DNA of 64,000 nt from Neoechinorhynchus agilis. Taxonomy: Eukaryota > Animalia > Acanthocephala. Within the stretch, counting starts at the first letter, position 1. Every line of letters starts with the position of its first letter. A model generated the notes under the pieces. That model did not search any database and was not told the DNA's origin. It saw only the letters and a program-made list of their open reading frames with translations. Both the position numbers and the translations under genes were made by a program. This document shows, piece by piece, positions 1 through 11,016 of this stretch. Location: assembly GCA_051530055.1 (NCBI GenBank), contig CM121341.1:8100784-8164783 (forward strand), read 5' to 3'.

Positions 1-410
1 GATCCCCAATAGTTTTGCGGAATGCAATTCATGTCCGTAAAACGATAGTAGCCGTGACATTTAAACTTCGCAACTTTTGCCCGTTCGTCGCGTCTATAAG
101 AGGTTTCTTGCTATCGGCAAAGGACATTCAAATGACGCTAAAGTATTAACAGCCCGGCCACCACAGTGGTCATCACAAATTCCTTTGCAAACGAACTCTA
201 CATGGCCGGTACGGAGATGCCGAAAACTTGACCAGTTCAGGATCCCCAATAGTTTTGCGGAATGCAATTCATGTCCGTAAAACGATAGTAGCCGTGACTT
301 TTAAACTTCGCAACTTTAGCCTGTTCCTCGCGTCTATAAGAGGTTTCTTGCTATCGGCAAAGGACATTCAAATGACGCTAAAGTATTAACAGCCCGGCCA
401 CCACAGTGGT
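1..410. repeat. 240-bp tandem duplication (about 1.7 copies, runs off the window start)
   Basis: gatccccaatagttttgcggaatgc starts at both 1 and 241; identity continues to about 410. Confidence 0.9.
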
Positions 411-1406
411 CATCGCAAACTACGATGACCCTGGGAGCTATGCTGAACACTTTGATTTATCCTCCGATGTTATTCTCCAATTTCAATCAAATCTGAAATG
501 GGATTCAAACTTTAAAATTTGTCTCCTCAGACGCCTCCGACATTTAGGAATCCCTTTACCTGATCTCTTTAAATTTTACTTCGCGTTTATTTTACTCTCC
601 ATCACCTACGATTATCCCGTCTTCTGCAACCTTTCAAAATCTCAAATCTTTCGTCTTGAAATTCTTCGTAAAAGAGCATCTAAAATTTGCCCAGCTGACT
701 TTCCCCCACCGAATGCATTGATGTTATTTTCATTAAACAATCAAAACGCCTCTCAACCCTTGAAACACAATTTCGACCACATATCGATCATTTTTCTCAT
801 GAGCACAACAATCGTAATCCTATTCGTTTCATCCTCCTTTACCTCACACCTCTCTCGACCTCTGCTTCTTTTTCCTTACCGCCAAATCTTCTCGGATATC
901 ATAACCTGAAATGAACCTGAGAAAAGACAAAACCTCACAAGCTCTCTTGTAAACAATAACCACCAATTCCCACAAGAACGGACATCCCCGGATCGGACAT
1001 TCCCACCCGACCAAAACAATAATACACTAAATAATCAACAACCGCATTCTTTGAACAACTCTGAACTCGAGTGTTTACGAGGACCCAAAGGTACATGGGT
1101 CCTGTTTTTTGCGCATCAACAAATAAAAGTGTTATTATTGCCTTAAGCACGATAATCAAACCGATGTTGTCTACCATTTTACCGTTTATTTTTATCATAC
1201 GAAATGAAGCACACAAAATGTCATCACTTTTTCACGAATTTCAATCGTATTCAATCTGTAAAATATGGACTCGCAAAATATCTCGTGGCTTTTTATAACC
1301 CTCTCGAAACTTAATTGACCATTCGTTCGAATAGATTCGATCCTCACTGAATAAAAAGCCATTGCTTGCGCAGATTTAAGTTTCCTTGTGCTGAGATTAG
1401 AGCTAA
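187..1406. repeat. Segmental duplication, inverted copy at 15221-16441
   Basis: Reverse complement matches; the 93-aa and 75-aa ORFs recur on the opposite strand at 15411-15692 and 15329-15556. Confidence 0.92.
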
Positions 1407-1788
1407 AAACTACGATGACCCTGGGAGCTATGCTGAACACTTTGATTTATCCTCCGATTAATTATATTTTAAAATTGGAAATGAAAGGCTTTCCGAAACA
1501 CAAATTTATTCATTCTCTGAACTATAATGCACTCAATGTAATCACAAAACAGCGAAGGGAAATTCATTCGTTAGATTTATATCAAATGCCGGAACATAAA
1601 TGTCCTTTACTAATGGAGGATTTGAGTTGTATAAGAACGAGAATTGGGGCGAAAAGTAAAAGAATTGAAGAAAATGATCACAAGGCTTTGAATGATAGAG
1701 CTTCAAAAAATAAAATATTGAAAGCTTTAACGTTACTATTTTCAAAAATATAAGTAGAATAGAAATTTTTAAATTAATTTGATGGCCG

Positions 1789-3208
1789 ATGAGCGACGCG
1801 ATTTCAATTAATGCAGATGGAAAGTTTGAGAATTATTATTCACTGTCAAATAAAACAATTCCCTGTCCTAACGGCTACATCCACCCGCTTCCCGACGACA
1901 GATCGCTGGTATTCACTTTTGATCTATATTGCGATCGGAAATTCTTAAAGGATATTCCACAGCCAGCCTTTTTCATAGGATCAGTAATTGGGGCAGCCGT
2001 TTTGTCAATGTTTGGCGACAACTTTGGTAAGAATCCAATTGCTCTTCTCGGGACTTGGATCAATATCATATTCGGAATCGGCTGTGCACTTTCAAACACC
2101 ATCTAAATCGGATGCATCCGTTCAGTTAAAATCATTATATCTTGTTATTGATCGGAATCATCTTGATATTTTTTATAGTATTCCGTTTTTTTATTTGGAA
2201 TTTGCTGGCAGATTGGTCAACTTTCTTGTTACATTCTCAGGATTGAAGTTTTTGCGGCAGAATACCGAGGCACCCGTGTATAATGGCTAATTTCATTTGG
2301 GGTGTAGGAATGTTGATGTTGGATTTAGTCGCTTATTTTGTTAGAGGATGGCGGAATCTTTATTTGGCAGTTTATCTTCCAGTCGCAATCACTGTACTCT
2401 ATTATTGGATTATGAGAGAAAGTTTATTTTGGCTTGCAGTTCATTAACGACAAGCTGATGTAAATAAAATATAAACCGAAGCATACAAAATGAATTCAAC
2501 CAAACAACAAGATCAAATATTTTTTCACTTGACGACGATATAGAACTAATAGCCGATGATTCAGAGGCCCAAACTCGTGTACCGCGGCCAAATCGGATAA
2601 AGAAAAACTTAAGAGCAATGTTTTCGTCAATTGTGTTTCCATATTCGTTATTTTGTGGATGTCTCCTGATTTCATTGGCTTTTTTGATTATTTCGGATTT
2701 ACACTATCAGCATCCGCATTTTGGTCAAACGTCTACCTCCATTTCTTAATCACTGCAATTATTGAAATTCCACAGATTGTCCGGCTTGTACTCACATTTA
2801 TAAAATCTTCCGTTCCTCTTTCAGTCAATCGAGCAGCCTTGAATGTCTTCAATCACATCGCAAAGTTGTCTGCTTCCTCTAATTCTTATATCGTTTTGAT
2901 GTTCGTAACCGAGTTATTTCCAGCGAAGTACAAACAATTCGATTTAGATTTGCTTTTTTTTCGCTGGAATAATAACGGATTTTATTCCTTTCTTGAAAGA
3001 TCAGCTGACTTCTCAAAGACTCGTAACTATGCTCTCGGTTGGAGGTTTTGCACTTTTTGTTGCCATCCTGCTAATCTTTTTACCCGAGAAAAAATACCAT
3101 ACGATGGCAGAACTTTCTGATATGAAGGGGCTAAGACAATGTGCAAGAGAAACGTTTAATAGGATCCGGAGGAAGCCGGAGCTCCAGGGAATGACAAATG
3201 AAGATTAG
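1789..3208 (+). pseudogene. SLC22 / organic cation transporter-like MFS pseudogene
   Basis: TFDLYCDR..AFFIGSVIGAAVLSMFGDNFGK, AYFVRGWRNL, YYWIMRESLFWL and LMFVTELFP resemble SLC22 motifs; several stops and frameshifts. Confidence 0.75.
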
Positions 3209-3666
3209 TGCGGGTGTTCGGGAATTGATTTAATGAAATAAAAGGACATTTTGTGACGGATTGTTGGTAGAGATTAAAATTGGCACAGCTAAGATATTTT
3301 TAAAGAAAGGTTTCCGGTTGTGTATTGGATAGCGATATTTTGCTGAACGAATAATGTAGTAGATTCGTCCAAAGCGTTCATGAGAACACTATTTTGGATC
3401 CCAAGTCGACCGTAGTTTGTTCAATCCGTATTTGCGATTGGATTAATTTTTAAGACCACATTTTGCAGACTCAGCTATCTTGAATGGAATCACCATGTCC
3501 AAAAAGGCCAGCGTAATATTGAGCTGTGAATTCGCTGTTAAAATAGCAATCGACTGGAATCATCTTAAACTGCTTTCTTTGTGTGCCATTCGCCGTCCTC
3601 GTTTGGGCCAGAAAACATTAGGTCAGTACGACCTCAACTCGAAAACGGGCAAATAAAGATGAAGTA

Positions 3667-5229
3667 ATGGCGAAAAAGGAGATGACAGATTCAAGCGATA
3701 AAGGACGAATCCATTATGAAATGGCAACGTCCAAATCATTAAATATGCTAGTTAAAAAAGTTAAAATTGGATTGGACTCACAGTTTAAGGTTACAAACAA
3801 GATCTTAGTAACCAGTGTCTTTTCTGAGATTCTCAAACAAGAAATGGCCATCTCTCAGATTGGTAAGTCCGGCCTGATAAAGATTCTCCACCAAATGATT
3901 CAAAACAAAGAAAACGGAGAACTTGATTATTTGATTAAAGAAGTAGCAGCAAAAATTAAAGTAGTGCTCGGCATGGAGAAAGGTAAAAAATCCGATGATA
4001 AATCTCATACGATGTCCGGTATCCACTCAAAGTTTGATGTTGAGATTGAAGAGCAGTGTCCGATAGAAACGAAATCTAAATCCAGTTTTGAAGACGAAAT
4101 TTCAAGGAAGAGGCTGTCATCAACCATTCAAGGTGAAGAGAAAACAAAAATTCAGCGGACAGATTCAACACATCTCCGTCAAAGAATCTTGATGACTATG
4201 AACTCTGAGCACAAAATTGTGAATTTTGATTTATTAAGGAGCATCGTTGATGAAATTCTGAAGGGCGAAGTTAGCCTGAGTGAAATTCGTCAATCCGGAT
4301 TGATAGATGTCCTTGGAGAGATGCTCGACAACAAGGATAATGCTCCACTCAAGAAACTCTTAATCCAAGTTGCTATGAAGGTCAAGGAGGCTTTCAATCA
4401 AAAGCGATCTAAAGAAAGACCAGCGACCAAACCCAAATTGAATAAACCAAAAGAAGTAGAACACGAAATATCAAATACTGATTCTAGTGATCGGGGTTCT
4501 AACGCAATTTCGGAAAAGAGAACAGAATCGCCGAAGAGAATCAATAGCGATGAAGAAATAGAAACGGGACTTCACAATGTCGAAAACGTTCACAGTCAAC
4601 AGATTTCAGAATCCAAACAATTGATGCCGCCTTCTCGTTTAACCAAGAAGATTAAATTACTAAAGTTTTTATTGGATTCGCAATACGCAACCAAAAGCCT
4701 AGAACTGGTGGACGATGTCCTTTGCGAGATTTCAGAATTAGAGATGACTGTGGATGAAATCAAAGATTCCGATCTTATAAATATTCTCCATAAGATGGCC
4801 AGCAACGGGGAAAACGAACCGTTAATCGACATAATCGATAAAATCGGAAAAAAGATGGTGGGAATCTATAATCGGCAACCTACGGAAATGTCCAATATTT
4901 CGATCGAAAATAAATCAGGGTCACAATTGAAGGACAAACCACTCAATGAATCGATTTCAAAAAGAAAATCAAAGCCTTCAATTGAAATGAACTTGAGCAT
5001 CAAGGAACTCTGCGATCGTTTAAAAAGCATCTTGGACGAGAAGTTCACAGTTCGGAACCACGCGATGCTAAAGCGGATACTCAGCGCGATGATTGAACGT
5101 GAAATAGCGCTGAGTGAAATTCGGAATAACAATTTGGTCAACATCCTAAGTCAAGTTCGTTCGAATCATTTAAATATTCGGCACAAGGGACTGCTTGAAA
5201 AATTGCTGAAGAAAATAAATGGCGGCTGA
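3667..5229 (+). CDS. 5'-truncated copy of the TFIIS-N-like multi-module protein (4 modules, 520 aa)
   Basis: Open 520-aa ORF nearly identical to the C-terminal part of 21218-23149; lacks module 1 and a 12-nt segment (ARCK). Confidence 0.65.
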   Translation: MAKKEMTDSSDKGRIHYEMATSKSLNMLVKKVKIGLDSQFKVTNKILVTSVFSEILKQEMAISQIGKSGLIKILHQMIQNKENGELDYLIKEVAAKIKVVLGMEKGKKSDDKSHTMSGIHSKFDVEIEEQCPIETKSKSSFEDEISRKRLSSTIQGEEKTKIQRTDSTHLRQRILMTMNSEHKIVNFDLLRSIVDEILKGEVSLSEIRQSGLIDVLGEMLDNKDNAPLKKLLIQVAMKVKEAFNQKRSKERPATKPKLNKPKEVEHEISNTDSSDRGSNAISEKRTESPKRINSDEEIETGLHNVENVHSQQISESKQLMPPSRLTKKIKLLKFLLDSQYATKSLELVDDVLCEISELEMTVDEIKDSDLINILHKMASNGENEPLIDIIDKIGKKMVGIYNRQPTEMSNISIENKSGSQLKDKPLNESISKRKSKPSIEMNLSIKELCDRLKSILDEKFTVRNHAMLKRILSAMIEREIALSEIRNNNLVNILSQVRSNHLNIRHKGLLEKLLKKINGG

Positions 5230-5890
5230 TATTATCAATCATCGCTGATTTTACCCATGTTTAAGAGACGATTGACCAAGGATAAAATATTGTTCATGAT
5301 ATTCAAGGAGCTTTTAGTCGTTCCCATGATGAATAAGAATAAATCATTATCATAGTTCAGAGAATGAATAAATTTGTGTTTCGGAAAGCCTTTCATTTCG
5401 AAAATTCTTGATGAATTCTATACGATAAATATAATTTAAAAATATAATTTTTCACATCCATGATGTATATTTTTTCGACGCTGCTTATCAGTTATTTGTT
5501 TGCAAATATCATTGGGGAATGTGATTTGGAGTTTGACAATATCGCATGGAAATAAAAGCTATCAAAACTCACAGGATTCATAGTTATCATCGGCAAGTTT
5601 TAATGAGTCTGAAATCAAATTGTAAAGAAAAAATCACTCTATGACCAAAAATGTTTTTAAGATATTCTAAATGAAAAAATGCCTGAGTGAATTTCTATAA
5701 GCCGAATTTATTAACGCCTTGGCCAATAGCACTTAAACAAATAAGTTTGAAATGTCAAAGGAGAATGAATGTTCAAAAGAAATTTCCAAGAAAAAAAGAT
5801 TTTTTCAAACTTAAAAGGCAAAGAACACGTCATTTGCAAAATGTTGATAATTGAGGTACCGGGGACAATGATTGGAATTATTGTTTAATT

Positions 5891-5980
5891 CTTTATCCGG
5901 TAAATGATTTTTTTATTATAGATGTTTCGAACCTCGTCAAGTTCATCTTCTTTAATAAAAAATCATTCACCGGATGAAGA
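5891..5980 (-). mobile_element. Hairpin remnant of a hammerhead-bearing (Penelope pLTR-like) repeat lacking the CUG core
   Basis: Minus strand reads gaagatgaacttgacgaggttcgaaacatctataataaaaaa inside an inverted repeat; homologous to 57729-57855. Confidence 0.55.
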
Positions 5981-6731
5981 CCTTAATAATAACACGTATT
6001 TTGCGATTTAAGTTCAACATTTATAAAATTTCACAGATTGTATTTGATATCAATACGATAGATTTGTGTAATTTCGTTCAAATAACAAAAATAATTTGAA
6101 GGAAAATGACAGAAAATAATGAAAGTGCGAATTTTGATATTACAAGAAAGTACTGAATATTTTTGCGGAAATAAAAAGGATTTCTTGGAAACATTTTTAT
6201 AAGCATCACTGATTTTGAAAATAGAAATAAAGTCTTATTATTAAGTTCAGTAAACGCATCGACAGCCGTAAGGATGAAATACTCCCGCTTTAGAATTTTA
6301 AGTGAAGAAATTAATCGACTGATTGAATCTGCTTAAAAGAATATTGACAAAAAATAAATCACTGTTACAACAATAAGTTGATAGACGAGATTGAAATTTG
6401 GGAACTTTAAAAAGCTTAGATAATTTCTTTCAAATTAAAAAAGATTAGAGAAAAAGCTTTTTCCTTGATGCATTGTTGTTAAAATTCTTTGAGTGATTGC
6501 TAAATGGCAAAGTGCACTTCGTCCCTTAGAACTCTCGAAATCGCTAGAGGCTAAAATAATTCGATATTTGAGAAATGCTCTTCGTTTTGATCGATTTGTT
6601 TTTGAATTATTGTTTTGCTCGATTGGGTTGCAATGATGAACGAAATATTTATTGTATGCTTAATAGCCGAGTTTCGGTTTGTTGGAATGCGCTCTTTTCG
6701 GTTAAGCATAACGATTGCCGTCCGATAACCT

Positions 6732-8527
6732 TTATCCAATTGGATTGAATTGATTGTTATTTTGTTGGTTAATGTTGTAGTTTTGGAGAGCGACCATCGC
6801 TTGCTCCTGCGAGATTAGAACTCCTGAGTTTAAGGCTTTTATTTCGCCGCATCTTTGACAAAGCGGCACAAGGAGAAACTGTGACATTTCGTGGGAGTGA
6901 TTCGGATCAACGCAAATATTGACGTGACAAACCATTTGACTAGCCTGATTGCTATTGTTGACTCGTTGATTGGTTTGAATACTTAATCCGTTTTGGAGAA
7001 TCGCTGTATTGCCATATCTGAAATTTCCATCATTTCCTCCAATGTTAATGTTTTCGACGGGTGCGCTATTCTGCTGTGTTCCGAAATCAATATTCCCAAA
7101 ACCCAACTGTTCATTTCGATTTCCAATATTGGTACTGTTATTGTAGATTCCTTGGACTAAAGCAGCTGCGTTCGTGTTTTCTACTCGGTGGTTGTTCGCC
7201 AAGTTCAAATTTTGATTTGGAAAATATCCATTGGGTGCCATATTCCCAAAACCCAACTGTTCATTTCGATTTCCAATATTGGTACTGTTATTACAGATTC
7301 CTTGGACAAAATAGGCTGCGTTCGTATTTTCTACTCGGTGATTGTTCGCGAATTTCAAATTTTGATTTGGAAAATATCCATTGGGTGCCATATTCCCAAA
7401 ACCCAACTGTTCGTTTCGGTTTCCAATATTGGTACTGTTATTGTAGATTCCTTGGACTAAATAAGTTGCATTCGTATTTCCTACTCGGTGGTTGTTCGCG
7501 AATTTCAAATTTTGATTCGGTAAATATCCATTGGGTGCAATATTCCCAAAATCCAACTGTTCGTTTCGATTTCCAATATTGGTACTGTTATTATAGATTC
7601 CTTGGACTAAATTAGCTGCGTTCGAATTTTCTACTCGGGGGTTGTTCGCCAAGTTCAAATTTTGATTTGGAAAATATCCATTGGGTGCCATATTCCCAAA
7701 ACCCAACTGTTCATTTCGATTTCCAATATTGGTACTGTTATTATAGATTCCTTGGACTAAATCAGTTGCGTTCGTATTTGCCACTCGGTGGTTGTTCGCC
7801 AAGTTCAAATTTTGATTTGGAAAATATCCATTGGGTGCCACATTCCCAAAACCCAACTGTTCATTTCGATTTCCAATATTGGTACTGTTATTACAGATTC
7901 CTTGGACAAAATAGGCTGCGTTCGTATTTTCCACCGTCCTGTTCATTTCATGGGGTGCTGCATGAACGAAATCTCTCGGTTCAAATGAGGACCGGGCCCG
8001 TTTGTTCCGATCATCGTTCATTGATCCAATATTTGTACGTTTTCGGCCCGGTCTTTTGGGTTCTGGCTCCCTGTAATTCGGGTCAATGGTCCACCAAGAT
8101 CTTCTCGGATTATCGTCGTCCTCGATTTTAACGAATTTTTTGTTTATCGTAAGGCAATGTCGAATTGCGTTCTAAATACAATATCGGCGGCCATAAAAAT
8201 TTTAAGTTATGGGAAACTTACCTTCCAAGGCCTACTTTCGACGGGGCCCATTCGATAATTAAAATATAAATTGTTGTCCTCCAGCCATGAATAAATTTCA
8301 CGTAGTTTCAGCCTCTTTTCGGGGCTGCTATAGATTGCTTTTGCGATCAAATCCGCGTAGGTGTACGGCCCCCACGCATTTATTCGTCGACCCTTTGCAC
8401 CAATAAGAATAATCGATTCTTCACTGGTTTCTGATGAATTTCCTTCGATCCGTTGATTTCTATTTCCTTGATACGATTCATCACCATCATCATGAGAATG
8501 AGTAGAGCTTTTCCTGGAATCAGACAT
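6732..8527 (-). CDS. F1: divergent FoxO-type forkhead transcription factor with 50-aa Asn-rich repeats; exons 8527-8222 and 8171-6732, 581 aa
   Basis: Exon 1 RRINAWGPYTYADLIAKAIYSSPEKRLKLREIYSW..WK; 50-nt GTAAGT..TTTAG intron (8221-8172); exon 2 NAIRHCLTINKKFVKIEDDDNPRRSWWTIDP runs in frame into the 429-aa ORF; matches FoxO RRNAWGN.SYADLITKAIESSPEKRLTL..WK|NSIRHNLS. Confidence 0.9.
7092..7934 (-). repeat. Coding VNTR of F1, 150-bp/50-aa unit, about 5.6 copies
   Basis: ttccaatattggtactg recurs every 150 bp; unit is ENTNAAYFVQGICNNSTNIGNRNEQLGFGNMAPNGYFPNQNLNLANNHRV. Confidence 0.95.
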
Positions 8528-9327
8528 CTAAATTGGAAAAGTCAGATTAAAAATGAATTTAATTCATATTAATAAAGAAGGAATTCGACTTAAATGTCCA
8601 TCGAATTGATCGCTATATTCGACCGAAATCTTGGAGACGATTGAAAGATTCTATGTTCGAACTTTCTTGATTGAATGAGTGAATCGTATTTATACTCCCC
8701 AATTCGAAAACATCAACTTTGTTTTTTTGATTGAACTTTGTACCTAAGCGAATTTGTTTTGGATGTCATCTCGTTTTGCTTTTCTATGATTTGTTGTTAA
8801 GAGCTTCGATTTTTAAAAATTTGATCACTGATATTCTTTATTGTATCTTATTTTTGGCATTTGGAGAGCATTGATATCTTCTTTGCGGTATAATTCTAAT
8901 TTTATCATCTCTCCAATTAGTATTTTCCTAAACGGTCGACTTTGCTAAATTGAATGATCAATAAGTTATCATTAATTTTTTAGCCAGTTCTCATCAACCT
9001 TTTGAGCACTTTTTTTATTGGTTTACCAATCGCGGCAATACCGGACTCTTTGGTACATGATGAACAAGTGAATTAGCTTAGCCAGTTGCCCACTCGAATC
9101 ACTAACGGCTCGGTCAATCCGCACATCAGAATTCTTGAACTGTTGCTCAACAAAATTTCTGTGGTTCTCGCGAGTTCGGCTACCGTCCGGGCTCTACGGG
9201 CACCTGATGAGGATCAGCTGTATTTACGTGTTCTTCAAAAACTCTTGGTTATTCGTTGCGTCTTGCGAAACTTCTTGCAGTTCGACTTTTTTTAGTCCGG
9301 TTTGAAATTTTAGAATTTTTCTACTTT

Positions 9328-9811
9328 GCGTTCAACCTAAAAAATCGGATTTATTGATGTTTAAGATTTATAAATGTTGCAATCTCTTCGATGTTTTATT
9401 AAAAAATTTCTATAAAAGAAGATAAACCCCTTTTTCAATGAGATATTAGAAAAGATTTCAGTTACTTAGACATTATTTTTTAATTTAAAGAATTTAAAGT
9501 ATGCTGATGTGAATGTGCAACGAGTTTTTTATTTCTAAAGTTCGTATCGAAATTATAAAGATTAATTTTGTAATCAATTCGATTTACCGGCAGATTTTTC
9601 GGGTGCTTTTTTATTTGTAAAAATTAATTATTGGAATTTAAGAATTTTGCAGCTTTGCGTTCAACCGAAAAAAATCGGATTTATCAATATTTAAGATTTA
9701 TAAATGTTGCAATCTCTTCGATGTTTTATTAAAAAATATCTATAGGAGAAGATAAAACCTTTTTTCAATGAGATAATAGAAAAAATTTCTGCTACATAGA
9801 CATTATTTTTT
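9328..9811. repeat. About 155-bp direct repeat pair (9328-9482 and 9657-9811)
   Basis: tgcgttcaacc..atcggattt..gttgcaatctcttcgatgttttattaaaaaat..gacattattttt occurs twice. Confidence 0.8.
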
Positions 9812-11016
9812 ACCCTTCTCTAAATCGCCTTAATCTTTACTTTGTTTCAAGATTGAATTATTCATGTTTTTATATTGGCATAAAATTGAAGTAATTTTAT
9901 TAGGCCCGATAAAGATATAAAAACCAGTTTAAGAAACGTGGGAAAATTTCATTGTTTAGGGGGATTGATTCTTTTTTTTCTCGCGAATGCCATTTGAAAT
10001 TGCTCGTTTTTTTAAGACATTTCTGGTTATCATCGGCATATTTCCGAAGCGATGATTAAATCCAGCTTCAATGTTGGACACCTAAACCATTGATAATATT
10101 TTTTTGAATTTTGATTTTTTTATGAAACTATAATTTGAAAAGATTAATTGGATTTAATACAGAATTAAATTGTTTTTGCCATTTAAGATTTTTGTGAATA
10201 AGTCTTGGTAGGGAATTATTTGCCGCATTTCCCAGAAGCTCCCGACTGATTGAAATTATTGGCGAATTTCATTTTTCAACCATTTTTAAAAGCAGATAAA
10301 CTTATTCGGAGACTTCTAAGGTGGATCGCTATATTCCTAGTGAAATAAAATGAGAGCGTTTTTAATCTAAAGAATTGATTTCTACGTTTTTCTATTGACA
10401 ATAAAGTTCAGACTTAAATTCACGATACTTTCAAAGACCATTTGAATGAGACCAAAAGTAAAAAATTAGTTGTGGCAACAAAGGAAAATACTTCGTTGGT
10501 TGACTATTTGTGGCAGCATTCGCTTCCTTTTTACTTTCCTTTAACTTTCTTGACCTAAGTAAATAAGAGAAATTCATCTGAAATTCCTCAACTCAACTGT
10601 CACGAAATTGTTTTTGCTCCAAGAACTCATTTTCAATGCATCTAAAATCCTAGTCGATTCGCACTTCATCAGTGATATTGCAACATAAAATCCATAAACG
10701 TTATCTTGATTCATTTGATAAAAAAATCAAGCTCAGTATTTGGAGCAGTACATCCAAAAAATATAGCGTTTGTTTGTGCAAGAATGTTTAAAGCATTGAT
10801 CTCCAAATGTTTCAATGAGTAAATAAAGGAATTTATGCACAAATAAAAATACGCAAATATAAAGACTTGCTTCCTTGTTATTTGTTTTAAATTTAAACAA
10901 AGATGGCAACAATAATTATGTAATTGCCAATATTTGTGGTTCTATCGGAATGGTAAGAATAGGAAATATTCAATGTTTTTACAAAAATCATCGCTTACAA
11001 CTCAACGATCTACAAA

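Larger units (their letters stand above)
3616..6532. repeat. Segmental duplication, inverted copy at about 19736-22842
   Basis: Near-identical reverse complement covering the 5-module gene 3' part, its 3' flank, a hairpin element and an LRR 5' remnant. Confidence 0.92.

Noticed and set aside
406-1753. Short ORFs 406-909, 935-1216, 1071-1298 and 1388-1753 as genes
   Set aside because: Mostly non-ATG starts, overlapping on both strands, crossing duplication junctions, and no recognisable motif
7092-7934. Nucleoporin or secreted glycoprotein identity for the repeat (LGFGN, NST sequons)
   Set aside because: It is fused in frame to a forkhead domain with no signal peptide; the similarity is compositional only
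7061-8131. Antisense ORFs over the F repeats (7061-7615, 7667-8131, 30637-31146, 40913-41350, 53652-56381)
   Set aside because: Shadows of the 150-bp coding repeat; the forkhead frame explains the sequence
8207-8527. Stand-alone 106-aa truncated forkhead proteins ending WKVSFP, and separate MNDDRNK... proteins
   Set aside because: VSFP* is read-through into a GTAAGT intron; splicing joins the two ORFs into one gene
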